From: Camelus ferus
Taxonomy: Eukaryota
DNA length: 64,000 nt
Direction of reading: 5' to 3'
NCBI RefSeq assembly: GCF_009834535.1
Contig: NC_045727.1
Span: 10,416,001 to 10,480,000, forward strand
In this document: piece by piece, positions 44,101 to 57,560 of the stretch
How positions within the stretch are numbered: position 1 is the first letter of the stretch
Layout: each line of letters starts with the position of its first letter
Translations under genes and position numbers: made by a program
The notes under the pieces: generated by a model
The model's database searches: none
What the model was told of the DNA's origin: nothing
What the model saw: the letters and a program-made list of their open reading frames with translations, nothing else

Positions 44101-47100
44101 AGCTGGGAAGCTGAGCTGGCCCGGGGTTGCCGGCCGCCGCCTGCAGCCCTGCAGCACTTTCCCGCTGGCAACGTGGGGGCTCTAGGCCTGACTCTCATTT
44201 TTTAGTTGGAAAGTAGTGTAATACACTCTCCAACCTCACTAGCTAATGAGTTGTGCTTTTTTTTAAATAAAATCTTTTGTTTGGGAGTGATTTCCAACTT
44301 AACAGAAGAGCTGCAGAGGGGTAGTGAGCACAGAGAGCCCTGCACACCTTCTGCCCCGACCTCCCGGGTAGGATCTTGCCTCACCCACCTTATCCCCCAC
44401 CCCCTGTGCACATGTGTGTATACACACACACACGTAGTTGTGACAGACGTCGTGGCCCTTCTCCGAACCCTGGCCACTGCAGAGAGCAGGACATGAGCAG
44501 GGATGCCGCCCTGCCCACTATGTGTGGCCACCGGGGAACCACGGGGAAAAGTGCTACGGCCAAAGCCTGGGTTAGCCCTGGGGCCGCGATTCGGGGGTAG
44601 TATGTCAGCTGGTGGCTCTGGTCTCAGGAGTGAGAATCGTGCTCTGCGGCACTCTGGCAGAGGCAGGTGCACCTGCCACTCCTCCCACCCAGGTCCCCTC
44701 GCCTGCACCCCGCACCGTCCTCCTCAGGCCGGGCTCCCGCCCTGCACGCTGATGGACCTGAGCTTGTGCTGTTCTCTGCCCCTCTTGGTCCTTGCACAGG
44801 GAAACCCCTAGTGGTTTCCGGTCTCTAAGCAAAGCGTCAGTGACGATGTGTAGGAGCTGGAAGACAGCAGGGGATGGGCTGGACGGCTGCTCCTCACTGT
44901 GCTGCTGGACCGCTCCCTTGTCATCTGTGAGTGGTGAGTGGGTGAGAGGCTGGTAGTCCCGAGAGCCCAGTTTTGGCCCAGAAGTTTGTCAGACAGTGCG
45001 ACGGGTGGGCTCGCAGGATGGTTATTATGGTATAGCTGTATCTTTGTTTTGGGCATGGTTACCAGTTGACTTGGGATGTTTGGTGAAAGAAAGGTACATC
45101 TTGTCCCGCCACTCTCAGCTTGGCTGAGTCCTGTCAGTGTGGATGTGGTCAGCCTCTCCTCTGGGCAGGAGAAGCCCGGAGGAAGGTGAATGGCCTTTGG
45201 GCCGTGGTTGGAGGTGTGGCCCGGGGTCCCAGAGTGCTCTTGGGCTTCTGGGCATCAACCCGGGAGGCAAGAAAGCCAAGGTCTAGGGTGGCTTCCTGCA
45301 AAGGGCCAAGGTGAGTCCAGTGTGGTGGTTTGAGAGCACGGACCCTACTGCTGCCCCCGCCCCCCGTGACTCCTCAGTGCCTCAGTCTCCTGGTCTATGA
45401 CGTGGACGTATAACAGCGGATTTCATGGAGGTGTTGTGAGAATTTAAATGGGTAGGTGCAGGGTTATATAAAGTGTATGATACAAAGCAAATGCTCCCTA
45501 AAGGCTGTGACTGTTACCCACGAATTGCATCCGGAGAGCGTGGGACCCCCTGTGTGTCTGTGCCCCCCCAGGAGGCAGGCAAGTGCAGGCTTCTGCTCTG
45601 TGCTCAGGGAGTCCAGCTGCCAACGGGGGTGGGGGGAGGGTGCAGGCTTGCCGAGAGACCCCCACAGTCACAGCACTTCGGACAGGGCCAGGATTGTTCA
45701 CGCTGACGTGTTGTGCTCTTTGTCGTGTTCACGCTGGGTCCCCCGGGCCTGGTCTGGCACAGATTGGGCCCTCCGAAATCAGTTATTGAGCAGACGCACA
45801 AATGGCTATTTATATTTTGACAGAGAGAGTAACAGCTCCCTTCACCAGCGGGCCTCGCAGCTGCCCCTGGCAGAGGTGGCGGGGACCAGGGCCTGCGGCC
45901 GCCTGCCACACCAGCCGCCTTTGGAGGCTGCAGTGGGTGGGGGTGGTGCTGCAGGCCAGGTGGCCTGGGGCTTGCACTGGGGGGCTCGCTCCTGCGGGGT
46001 GAGCGGGCCTGAGAGGTGAAAGCAGGTGGGCTGGCAGGTGGGGGTGGCGCGGGGGAGGCTGCCTCTCTGACGGGCAGCCCTCTGCCCGAGGACCTTCTAC
46101 TCTTCCTGGGTGTTGCCCCCACAAGCCTCGCTTGGGAGCTGGTGGGTGTGGAGGCCACGAACCCTCACCTCTTGGCCTCTCCCTCCTTTCTGCCCAGCAT
46201 GGCCACCGCTTCAGTCCAGTCCAGTGTCCTCCGCACCCCATTCCCCTTCCCGTGCCCTGATGCGGGCCTGCTCTCTGCCAGACAGGACAAGGCTGAGACA
46301 TCTGCGCGCCGGCCCTGGTTAGAAGCCCTTCTTCCCTGAGGACCTTCCTTAGGAGCTCCTCGCTTGCAGAGAGGGTTGCCTGGGGCTCCCTGGGGCAATG
46401 GACAAGGGGCAGGAGCCACCACAGAGGGTGTCCCAGAGGGTCAGCTGGGAGATGGAAGGTCCAGGGCCCCCTCTGCACTTAGGTGCCATCGAGTCTCCTA
46501 ACGTAGAGGCCTTTCCAGTGTCACTGGCCACTTCTTAGGTCCCTGGACTGGTTGGCCGGCAGAGCTCTGTGGTCATTGAGGACGGAACCGGAGGACTAGA
46601 ACCGCCTGGAAGCGGTGGGCTGGGCCTCTGCAGCAGTCTCTGGTGATCTTTTGGCCGCCCTGGGGCACAGACACCTGCCTCAGATCCCCCCACCCAGCCG
46701 CAGGAGGGACGCGGGCACAGACCACGTGTGAGCTGTGTGGAAGCAGCGCAGTCTGGAAACAGGAGGTTGTGGTTTTTCACATTTACAAAAACTCACTTAT
46801 AGATTACATAAATGGAAAGGTACTTTTAATACAAGTTTTTGACTTTTTTATTTGACACTGTTTTGGAGGTCTTTGTAGGTCAGTGCATACAGCTTTACTT
46901 TATTCTTTTTTTTTTTTTAATTAAATAAGACTTCATGAGAACGTCCCTAGGCTTGTTTTGCCCGTGGGGCTGGTTGCAGAAGCCCTTGTATCAGAACATC
47001 TCCCACCAGAAGCCGCAGGTGAGAGGTGGCATGGCCAGTGAGGAGACCTAAGTCGGGAAGCCCGCCGCACCCTTCCCCGCCTCTCGGGGGCTTGGCTCAG

Positions 47101-50100
47101 CCCAGAGCTGTCAGCGGCAGCTTGAGGTTGACTCCTGGTATTTACATGTGTTTATGCTTTAACTCAAGTTTGTGTTTGTATTTACCTAAGTGGCATAACT
47201 CCACCAAGGATAATTTAGAATCAGAGTGGCCATTTAGAGGAACTTGGACATGAACAGAATGATTCAGTTGGGAGGTGCCTGAAGGGCAGAAATGAAACCA
47301 AATCCAAAGATCCAGTGGTCAGGAGTTTTTATTGGTATGAGAAAGGTTTAATTCCAAAAAGAATTAAGATTTCAAAATGTCTTCCTTCAGAGGGATGCAG
47401 AGAGTTACCTCATTAAAAAAAAAAAAAAAAACTTTTTACTTTGGAAACACATCATACCTGTAGAAAACTTGCAAGAGTAGTGCTGTGAAGTCCACCTGTA
47501 TGCCGTTCACTTAAGTTCACTGACTGAACATCCAACTCACCACACACTTGCAGCCCTGTATGTGTGTGTGCGTGTGTGTGCACATATGCATAGACGTGAA
47601 ATATATCTGCATACACATCACACGCCCTCATTTCTGACTTCCTGGCTCCTGTTTCCAGAGAACAAGGCCATCTGGGGAGCACAGGGCAGGCTGTGGTACT
47701 AGGGTGTGGTACTAGGAGCCAGACCCCCGTTTTGCCAGTTGTCCATTTACCACGTTTTCCCCCAGTCCAGGCTCCAGCCCAGGATCGTGAGTTGCGTTTA
47801 ACTGTCACGTGCATTTAATCTGAAATCTGGGACAGCTCCTTAGCTTTCGTTGTCTTTCATGGTGTGGACTTTTTAGAGAGTCCAGGCCAGCTGTTTGATA
47901 GAATATTCCTCCTCCTGGGGTTGTCAGATTGCTTCCTGGTGGTCAGATTCAGTCGTTCCATCTTTCGCAGGAGTGACCCCCTGGACACTGAGTCTGCCTC
48001 AGTGCCCTCACCCCAGACATAGCTGGCTGCTCATCCCAGGAAAGGCGCTGTTAACCTTCGCCATGTGCTGGGGTGGCTTTGACTGCATTTTTCTACTGGA
48101 AAAGTGGCCTTTCCCCCTCTGTGATTGGCAGGTCCTCTGCAGGGAGATGGAGAGCCTCTCGCGGTGAATTTAAGCATCTGGTGATGCCTCTTGCCTAAGT
48201 CACCTATTGCTGTGATGGTTGCTGAATGATGGTTTTCAGGGGGAAGGTGTAGCTCAAGGGGTAGAGCATGTGCTTAGCATGCACGGGGTTCTGGGTTCAA
48301 GACCCAGTCCCTCCATTTAAAAATAAGTAAGTAAATAAATACACAGAATTACCTCTCCCCCCGCAAAAAATTTAAATGATGGTTTTCTTTTTTCCTTCCT
48401 TCCTCTTGTGTAGTCGACTGTAAAAAAAAAAGCTCGGTCTTGCTCTTCAATTTTTTAACATTGTTATGGATTCATGGATTCTTCTTTTTACTTAGTGAAT
48501 CATAGTGTGTTATTGTCATTGTTCGTTTTGATGCTTATATTGCTGTTGATTTGGGCATTGGGAGCCCTTCAGGCTGGCTTGTGTGTCCTTCCAACTCGTC
48601 ACGTTCACGTTGAACATTCCTCATCACCAGGCTCACCTTGTGTCTTCCATTCGCCCTGTATTTTTCCACGGAGCACTGGTTCCTTTCAGCAGGGGATGGT
48701 AATCTTGGAGAAACCAAGATGTTGGTGCTGTGTTCATCGCCACGAGGACCTTGCAGTCCAGCTGGGGCGTGTGTCCATCCCGTGTGTGGGCGTAGGGGTG
48801 AGTGTCTTTTTCTCTTTTTGTCTGAGTTCATACTGTGTCTTTTAGTTCTGACCCAGCATCACAGGGTCTTGCTTGCTTTCCCCATTTCACATTTATGTCT
48901 CCCTTTTTCTACAGTAGAACTCTGGCATCCAGCAACATTAGTGTATTCACTATTTGCTTAAACCTACAGAGCACACAGAATAGTTTCAGAAGTGCTGTAC
49001 CCACGACCACTGCCAACAGCAGGCCGCCCTAGTTAGGGCTTTTGTGATTTTTGCAGCTCTTTTTGTCTTTAGACTGATGGTTTATAGTCAAAGTACTGGG
49101 TCAAAAACTATTTGGATTGTCATCTGTGTGTCTGTTACTGTTATGTTCAAAACTGTCTTGATTTGAAACCACTTTTATTAGATAAATAATACTGAGAAAG
49201 GCATTTACTGTAATCTCATGATTATACCAAGCTTCTGTTTCATCACACTATTTGCTAGGGAAACATCTCATCTTCCAATAGGTTGTAGTATTTTCCTGGG
49301 TAAATTAAAATACTGTTTTAGTAGATATTTACCACTTTGATGTACTGGCTCTCGTAGTATGTGCTGCTGTTTGCCAGTGTTGCTTCTGTGGGCTGAGGAG
49401 AATTATGAATGTTGAGTGAATGATTGCTTGGCATCATTGAGAAGAAAGGCCAAGTAAAATTTGTAACAATTACGTTCTTTAGATTTTTGCATTACTTGAG
49501 GCTATTAGTTACTGTTTTTTATTTTGTCACCTTAAAGCTTTTGACAGAGTGTATCAGAAACGACTCTGTGACACCAGCTGCAGTGTGGTGTCCCGGGGAG
49601 GATGCTGGAGTGGGGAGGGGGGTTTCGGGGACAAGTTGTAGGATTCAGTTCTTGGAGGTGTGGTGGTGGCTCCCAGCTGTGACAGCATGTCCTGGTGTTG
49701 GACGGAATGAGGACACGAGGTGAGGGACGTTCAGGAGCTTTGCTGTAAACCTAAAATTATTCCAGAATTGAAAATGTATTTAAAAAGTGATTTGCGGATA
49801 ATAATTGAGTATTTTTAATGACTTATTTTTTTCTCTAAGAGTCCTGAGACCTCGTTGTCCTGGTTTTGTCCTTGACTGCAGTTTTGGCAAATCACTCTTT
49901 ATTTCAGATTCTTCCTCAGGAAAATAAATGGAGAGTTAGATGTCCAGGATCACTTGGGCTCAGGTTTGTTGAGCACACACCCAGGCCCACCATCCAGCAC
50001 CGTTTGTGTTCTCTGTCCTCCCCACAGCATGTTTCTGTGCTCCGATCGTCGGGGCCGGTGGCATGAAAGGCCGTGTGAAGGCGGCCCACCCCCGGCCCGG

Positions 50101-53100
50101 GGTTTGGGTGTGCTCGTGCTTAGGCCGTGCGTGACGGCCCTGTTTGAGGTGGGGAGCCAGTGGAGCAGGTGGGTCTGTTTCAGAGATTAGGATGCCAAGG
50201 CCTTAAGAGGATGATGACCTTGCCTGGTGGTGTCACCTGGCTTTTAAGTAGATGCAGGACCAGAAACTGAAGTCTGCTTATGGGTCCACGCGCTCTGCTC
50301 CCTGTTGCACGATTTCATTGCAATGGAAGAGCTGTGGGGAGCTGAGGGGAGGTGCGCCATCTGGTCCCCCCTCCCCCCCCGCCGCCACCGAGAGGGACAC
50401 AGACTCTGTCACGGCTCTGTGGACCTGGCTGAGCAGTGCTTTAGTGGCCTCCCCGGTGACCTCACCGGCCTGCAATGCCCTCCGGGCCTTCTTCTCCTGG
50501 CTTTTCTTGTCTTCCCTCTGTGACCATGACCATGGCCTCCAGTCCGCGGTGCTGACGCCCCGCTTCTGCCCCGCTACCTCTGCGTCTTCCTCAGTGCCCT
50601 TCAGGTGGCGGCTCACGTTTGGCCTGTATGCTGGCCCGGTCCTGTGTAACCTCCCCCCTACCCTGAGAGATGTTTTTTCAAGTCCCTTGCCCATTTTGTA
50701 ATTGGGTTGTTTGCTTTGAGATTGTTGAATTTCAGGAGTTCTCTGTATATTCTGGTTACTAACCCTGATCACGTACATGATTTTCAGATATTTTCTCTCA
50801 TTCTGTGGTTGCATTTTTACTTTGTTATTGAAGTTTGATGTGGTCCCTTCTGTCTACTTTTGCCTTCGTTGCCTGCGCTTTTGGTGTCATGTCCAAGAAA
50901 CCATCGCTACATCCAATGTCATGAAGGAGTGGTATAGTTTCAGGTCTTGCATTTAAGTATTTAATCATTTTGAGTTAATTTTTGTATATGGGATAAGGTT
51001 AGGTCCAGCTGCATTCTTTTGCACATAGATGTCCAGTGCTCCCAGCACTATTTGTTGGAGAGACTGTCCTTTGCCATTGTGTGGCCTTGGCACTCTGTCA
51101 AAGATCATTTGACCATATGTGCAAGGACTTATTTCAGGGCTCTCTGTTCTGTTCTGTTGGCCTGTATGTCTGTGTTTACTCCAGTCACTGTTTTGTTTAC
51201 TGGAGCTTTATAACTTAATATGTTTTGAAATCAGGAAGTTGAGGCCTCCAGCTTTGTTTTTCTTCCTGAAAATCATTTTGACTATTCAGGGTCCTTTGAG
51301 TTCCCACATTAATTTTGGGATGGATTTTTCTATTTTGGCAAAAGAGGATATTGTTGGCATTTTGATACGGATTGCATTGAATCTGTAGACTGGGTAGTTT
51401 TGACGTCTTCAGTCCATGAATATGGGGTGCCTTTCCGTTTATTTGTGTCTTCTTTAATTTCAGGAATCTTTTGTAGTTTGTTAACTAGTGTACTAGCCTT
51501 TCACCTCTTTGGTTAAGTTTATTCCTGAGTGTTTTACTTTTTTTTAATGTTATTGTAAACAGCGTTGTTTTCTTAATTTCAGATTGTTCATTGTTACTGT
51601 TTGGAAGCGCAACTAATTTTTGTGTGTTGACTTTTGTGTCCTGCAACTTTGCTGAGTTTGTTTATTAGTTCTAACAGATTTTGGGTTTTGGGGGGGGTTT
51701 GTGTGGAATCTTTCAACTTGACCTGTAAAATCATGTCATCTGTGAACAGAGATTATATAACTTCTTCCTTCCCAATTTGGATGCCTTTTATTTCTTTTTC
51801 TTGCCTAATTGCACTAGCTAAGACTTCTAGTATTCTGTCGAGTAAAACAGGATTTAACTTTATGAAGTTTCTTATAAGAAACTGCCAGGTATTTTTTTCT
51901 GAGTGGTTCTGCTATTTTGCGTTCCCATCAGTAAGAGCTCTAGTTGCTCCACAGTCTCGTCGACATTTGCATTGTCGGACTTGTTAAGTTTATCTAGTGA
52001 CTTCGTTGTGGTGTCACCTCAGGTGGTTCTTTTCAGTTATGTTTCCCTGTGAGTGATGTTGTTAACTTTTTCATGTCCTTGTTAACCATTCATGTATCTT
52101 CTTTCAAAAAGTATTTATTCAAACCTTTTGTCCATTTTCATGAGGCTGTTGGCCTTTTCGTTACTTGTACGTACTGCTGGGCTGTAGAAGTGCTTTGTGC
52201 TCCAGCGACACAGAAGTCCTTATGCGTGTTGCTTGCAGGTGTTTTCTCAGTGGCTCACCCATTCATTTGCTTAACTGTACTTTTAAAAGTACCTGTTTAT
52301 TTTTTAATTTACACCAAAATTCACTTGTGTATATCGTTCTTTGAGCTTTGATAAACTAACCAACACCTCACTCAAGATGCAGGACACGGTTCCATCCCCC
52401 TGCAGTGCCCCTATGCGCTTGGCGGTCTGTGCCTCCTCTGCCTTGAGGTCCCACCAGCAACCGCCTCCCTTCTGGTGAAGTCCAGTTTATGATGTTTTTT
52501 TCTTTTCGGTGACAAATGTAAGCACTCTTGGCCTAACCCAGGTTCACCACGATTTTCTTATGTTTTCTCCTAGAAGTTTTATAGTGTTGAGTTTTACATT
52601 TTAAGTCTTTGATCTGTTTTGGGTTAGTATTTACATCTGATGCGAGTTGTGAGTTGAGGTTTGCTTTTTGATATGTGGATTTCTAGTTGTTCCATTACCA
52701 CTTGCTGAGAGATTATCCTTTCCGCATTGAATCATCTTTGCATCTTTCTCTGAAAGTCACTTGGCCACATTGATACGGGTTTATTTCTGGGCTTGGTATT
52801 CTGTTCCATTTAACTGGGTATCTTTACTGAGCTCTGAATGACAAAGTTGTTAACTTTAAAGAAGCGAGTTTATCGGTTTTCCTTTCATGGTCGCACTTTC
52901 CTTCTTCTCACTTGCATCCAGCACAGTGCCTGGCCCCCAGGGGCGTAGGGCTGTGTTGTTTGAAGGAGCTAATGGAATTTGTCTGAAGGATTTGAATGTG
53001 ATACTGTATGCGAGCCACTTGGTGCATCGCCCAGCACATGCAAAATGAACATTCAAGAATCTGCTTTTGCTACAAGCTGTTGTTTTTCTTGAGATGCACT

Positions 53101-53783
53101 GGCTGACTACACTGTGACTGTCATCAGAATAAGATGTGAGTGTTGTGTGAAACTGCTAATAGATGTTACATTAGATGCAAGACAGCTACCCTCCAGTTCT
53201 GCAGACCAGCAAGGCTTTCATTCAGATTGATGGAGAGATCAGAATTTTACAGACAAGCAAAAAGTGAGTTCAGCACCACGAAACCAGCTTTGTAGGAAAT
53301 GTTAAAGAGATTTCTCGAAGTGGAAGAGAAAAGACCACGGTTAGAAATATGCAGATTACAAAAGGAAAAATTTTTTGTAAAGGTAAAGGCAAATCTACGG
53401 TAAGGATAGTTAATTGATCACATGTAAAGTCAATAAAAAGGTTAAAAGAGAAAAATTATGAAGTCATCTATGTCTGCAGTAAGTAGTTAGGAAGTACACA
53501 AACCAAAAAGTTATAAAATGTAATGTCAGAAACAGTAATGGGGTGTGTGTCCGTGTGGACCCAGGGCTCCTTGAGAGGTGGGGGGGGGCGCCACTCTGGG
53601 ACCGGGCGTGCAGACCTGGCCGCCATGTCCTCAGCGGCCTCTTGCACTTTGGTTCCACAGAGCTGCGGTGCAACCCGGGCCAGTTCGCCTGTCGCAGCGG
53701 TGCCATCCAGTGCATCCCCCTGCCCTGGCAGTGTGACGGCTGGGCGACTTGTGAGGATGAGAGTGACGAAGCCGACTGTCCAG
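41155..53783 (+). CDS. DGCR2: Integral membrane protein DGCR2/IDD, exons 1-2 only (partial)
   Basis: Exon 1, 41155-41233: [26 protein letters not shown] (signal peptide). Exon 2, 53661-53783: (E)[40 protein letters not shown] (LDL-receptor class A repeat). Both GT-AG, phase 1. Exon 3 was not found before 64000. Confidence 0.95.
43230..43330 (-). mobile_element. MIR fragment
   Basis: ccttgtgaggtagatcctgttactggccccatttcacaggtgggaaaatgag matches the antisense MIR core. Confidence 0.5.
45365..45500 (+). mobile_element. MIR fragment
   Basis: ctcagtgcctcagtctcctggtctatga...ggaggtgttgtgagaatttaaatgg matches the MIR core. Confidence 0.5.
47430..49200 (-). mobile_element. Ancient L1ME-type fragments in DGCR2 intron 1
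   Basis: tttttactttggaaacacatcatacctgtagaaaacttgcaagagtag and ttgatagaatattcctcctcctggggttgtcagattgcttcctggtggtcagattcag resemble L1ME 3' ends; interrupted by a SINE. Confidence 0.5.
48239..48374 (+). mobile_element. tRNA-derived SINE (camelid Vic-1-like) with a perfect 13-bp TSD
   Basis: GGGGGAAGGTGTAGCTCAAGGGGTAGAGCATGTGCTTAGCATGCACGGGGTTCTGGGTTCAAGACCCAG; TSD aatgatggttttc at 48225-48237 and 48375-48387. Confidence 0.9.
50660..52900 (-). mobile_element. L1 ORF2/3' fragments (L1M)
   Basis: ttcaagtcccttgcccattttgtaattgggttg..., ttcttttgcacatagatgtccagtgctcccagcactatttgttggagagactgtcc, gttggcattttgatacggattgcattgaatctgtaga are classic antisense L1 ORF2. Confidence 0.8.
53180..53530 (+). mobile_element. 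L1 ORF1 3' end / inter-ORF fragment
   Basis: cagcaaggctttcattcagattgatggagagatcagaattttacagacaagcaaaa...ttcagcaccacgaaaccagctttgtaggaaatgttaaag matches the L1 ORF1 C-terminus. Confidence 0.7.
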
Positions 53784-55555
53784 GTGAGTGTGGGGGAGGT
53801 GGGGCGCAGAGCCTGCCTCCCCATTGCTGCGGCATGGTCCCGTGATGGGGAGACGTGTACCCTGGTGGTCAGTGCAGCGTGCACGCGCAGGTGGCAGGAT
53901 GCAGCATCTCTAGCAGCTGGTGATGCTCCGTTACCTGGCCGTGCTTGGGCGCCTTCCAGACTTGGCTCTGGTGTGGGAGACCGTCCTCTTCCTCAGGGGG
54001 ACCCAGCCTTGGACAGGGTCCTTTTCCACGTGCGGTAGATGGCTGGGTGTGGATCAGCTCCCACCAGGGGACCAGGTCGGGCGTCAGGTGCAGAGAGACA
54101 TTTGAACTTGGGATGGTCCCTGGAGGGGTCAGAATAAGCAATAGACAGGGTCTAGTCACAATGTGTCTGCCTGGGAAGGTGGAAGGTGCCCCTCCTGCAC
54201 GTCCTTGGGCTTGTACCTGCTATGTACCATGCATGTCTCTGGTTGAAGTGTCTGCCTTGCCAACAACAGTTGAATGGCGGTGGCTGAGCTGGGAGCCCCC
54301 GGGGATAGCCCCATGCCCAGATGTGCAGATGGTGTGACTTCCCAGCGCCTAGGGTGCTCGGTCAGCCTGGTGAGGGTAGTGGTCGGGACTGGGAGCATCC
54401 CCTGGGCTGACCCACGGGGAGAGACCTCACATCCAGCCTCCCTGAGGACATTCTGAACAGAGAACTATGTGGCTTGGCCAGCTCTCAGAGGCTCTCCTCA
54501 GAGTGCCCGCTGGCTGAGCCTTCAGGTCGTGTGTGAGGACTGTCCTGTTCGGGAGCTGAGACCAGTCCCGCCGTCTGGAGCACCAGTGGACTTGCTGGGG
54601 CCGGGCTGGACTGAGGGCCTTTCTGGGTCATGCAGCTGGGCACCAGGTGGCCCTCCTGGCACTGTGATCCCCAGCTTACCAGGTCCAACCACCAGCAGTT
54701 GGTTATACAGGAGCTTGCCTAGCGAGGAAGCGTGGGGACCCCCCGCTCCCTCCTGCTCCCATGACCCCGGCTCTGCGCCAGCCCCTTGTGTGCTGCCCTG
54801 CAGGATCCCAGTAGGATAAGTACATTGATTTCCAACTGTTTTTAAAGTTGGGTTTCTGAGAAATTTGTTATCAAAGTCTTCAAGGAATAATGAGCACTTG
54901 TTTTCTGTCTTCTCTGAATTAATAACTCTTGAAACTATGTCGTATTTCGTTTCTAGTTTATTTTAAAGGAAAATGTTAAAAAGTCATGGCTCTAGGCCAA
55001 GTCCTCATTAATTCCCCTGCCCAACCAAAAATAAGGAGGGGGAAGATCTTTGTGGACAGGATGGGTGCAGACAAGGGGTCAGCTGTGACCTTCCTAGTGT
55101 GGGGAGCTTATGTAAACCCATGGAAAGGCCATGCTCAGTCAGGCTGCTTTTTTTTTTAAACATTTTTTATTGATTTATAATCATTTTACAATGTTGTATC
55201 AAATTCCAGTGTAGAGCACAATTTTTCAGTTATACATGAACATATATGTATTCATTGTCACATTTTTTTCCTCTGTGAGCTACCATAAGATCTTGTATAT
55301 ATTTCCCTGTGCTATACAGTATAATCTTGTTCATCTATTCTACATTTTGAAATCAGTCTGTCCCTTCCCACCCCCTGCCCCCTTGGCAACCACAAGTTTG
55401 TATTCTATGTCTGTGAGTCTGTTTCTGTTTTGTATTTATGCTTTGTTTTTGTTTTTAGATTCCACATATAAGCGATCTCATGGTATTTTTCTTTCTCTTT
55501 TTGGCTTACTTCACTTAGAATGACATTCTCCAGGAGCATCCATGTTGCTGCAAAT

Positions 55556-55711
55556 NNNNNNNNNNNNNNNNNNNNNNNNNNNNNNNNNNNNNNNNNNNNN
55601 NNNNNNNNNNNNNNNNNNNNNNNNNNNNNNNNNNNNNNNNNNNNNNNNNNNNNNNNNNNNNNNNNNNNNNNNNNNNNNNNNNNNNNNNNNNNNNNNNNNN
55701 NNNNNNNNNNN
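55556..55711. other. Assembly gap (156 N)
   Basis: N run inside the L1. Confidence 0.99.
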
Positions 55712-55922
55712 TTTTGAAGTAGGGCTCCTTCTGGATATATGCCCAGGAGCGGGATTCCTGGGTCATATGGTAAGTCTATTCCTAGTCTTTTGAGGAATCT
55801 CCACACTGTTTTCCACAGTGGCTGCACCAAACTGCATTCCCACGGCAGTGTAGGAGGGTTCCCTTTTCCCCACAGCCGCTCCAGCATTTGTCATTTGTGG
55901 ATTTTTGAATGTTGGCCCTTCT

Positions 55923-56050
55923 NNNNNNNNNNNNNNNNNNNNNNNNNNNNNNNNNNNNNNNNNNNNNNNNNNNNNNNNNNNNNNNNNNNNNNNNNNNNNN
56001 NNNNNNNNNNNNNNNNNNNNNNNNNNNNNNNNNNNNNNNNNNNNNNNNNN
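55923..56050. other. Assembly gap (128 N)
   Basis: N run inside the L1. Confidence 0.99.
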
Positions 56051-56889
56051 CTTCTGCCCATTTTTGGATTGGGTTGTTTGTTTTTTTCTTATTAAGTGGT
56101 ATAAGCTACTTATATATTCTGGAGATCAAGCCTTTGTTGGTTTCATTTGCAAAAATTTTCTCCCATTCTGTAGGTTGTCTTTTTGTTTTACTTACGGTTT
56201 CCTTTGCTGTGCAGAAGCTTGTAAGTTTCATTAGGTCTCCTTTGTTTATTCTTCAGTCAGGCTGCTTTTGAACTTGGACTGCAGGACTCCTGGAGTGACC
56301 CCATGAGATTATTTCATCGCCCTGCTAAGAGCCTGCCAGAATTACAGTAAAAGAGTATGAGAGTGATACGACCACAGGGACCAAGAAGATGGGGAAAGAT
56401 GTAGCGGCAGGTGTGTGACGTCAGCAGTGTTTTTGGAAATGGAGGCCAGGCAGTGGGCTCGGTACAGTCTGGGGGTTGAGGATGTCCCTGCATTCAGGCC
56501 TGGAAGCTGCAGCCATGGTGCCCGGACTCCCTGCCTGCAGGCCTCTGGTATCTTTCAGCCCATGAAGTGCCTTCCCGTGACATTTGGAAGGTGGGAGGGA
56601 GGTGGAGTCCCGTTCCTCTGGCCGCGGCGTGGGCACATGGGCTTGGACCAGGGTGAGCATTCACGGTAGCTGCCGTGTCCCCTGCCGGCCGGCGTCACAG
56701 GGCAGCATTTCCTGCACTGACCTCGCCTGCGCACAACAGGACTGGCTTCCTGACTGCTGTAACTGCAGAGGTGACGTGGACAGTCAGAGGTGACCCACTC
56801 TTCTCTGGTGCCCCCTCCAGCCTTGTCAGCTGTTTGAAAGCATTAATTCCCTGTTTCAAACCCCTCTGTGTTTGAAAAACCTGGCATGG

Positions 56890-57560
56890 TCCCTGTTCTC
56901 CTGAGTGAATCATCTCTGATACAAATGGGAATTATAAAAGATGCATAAAATTTTTACTGGAGAAAAACTTACAGCTTCATTAAGAGACATTAAAGAAGAC
57001 TTGAATAAAGAGAGACAGGGTGTTCTTAGTGGGGAAGACTCGAGATGGGAGAGCTGCCTGTTCTTGTGCTGACCGTGGATTCGGCGCATCTGTCAAGGGT
57101 TCTTAGGGAAATGTGTTGAGTCAGTTCTAGAACGTGGGAGAACAGAGTTCTGATCCCGTCAGGGCACTTTAAGGACAAGTGAGCGGCTTGCTTCACGCTT
57201 GGCCAGTGAGACAGGAGAGCTGGTGAAACAGACGCAGAAACTTGAGATGTGGCGAAGGGGACACGTCGCAGGGCAGAGGGCGGACTCCTCGGCGCATGTT
57301 TATCAAAAAGCAGGAATAAAGAATGTAAACAGACAAGCCACGGAGTGGGGACAGTACTTGCAACACGTGCAGCCTGTGCCGGGTTCTAGTCCTGCATGCA
57401 TGAAGAACTCCTGCAGACGGACAGGAGGTAATCAGGCGTGTCCCAGAAAAGTGAACAAGAGTGGGGGTTAAACATACAGAAAGATATTCTGCCGCATTAG
57501 TGTGCAGAGACTGCCATGGGCTCTAGCTCCACGGGGGCTCAGATTGGTAAAAGCGAAGAC
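56890..57560 (+). mobile_element. Ancient L1 ORF2 fragment
   Basis: cattaagagacattaaagaagacttgaataaagagagac...ggggaagactc matches the L1 ORF2 'EIKEDLNKWRD' region. Confidence 0.6.

Larger units (their letters stand above)
55148..56252 (-). mobile_element. Young 5'-truncated L1 (about 1.1 kb) with poly(A) tail and 17-bp TSD
   Basis: Poly-T starting at 55148; ORF2 C-terminus [35 protein letters not shown] in frame on -; TSD tcagtcaggctgctttt at 55135-55151 and 56253-56269. Confidence 0.9.
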
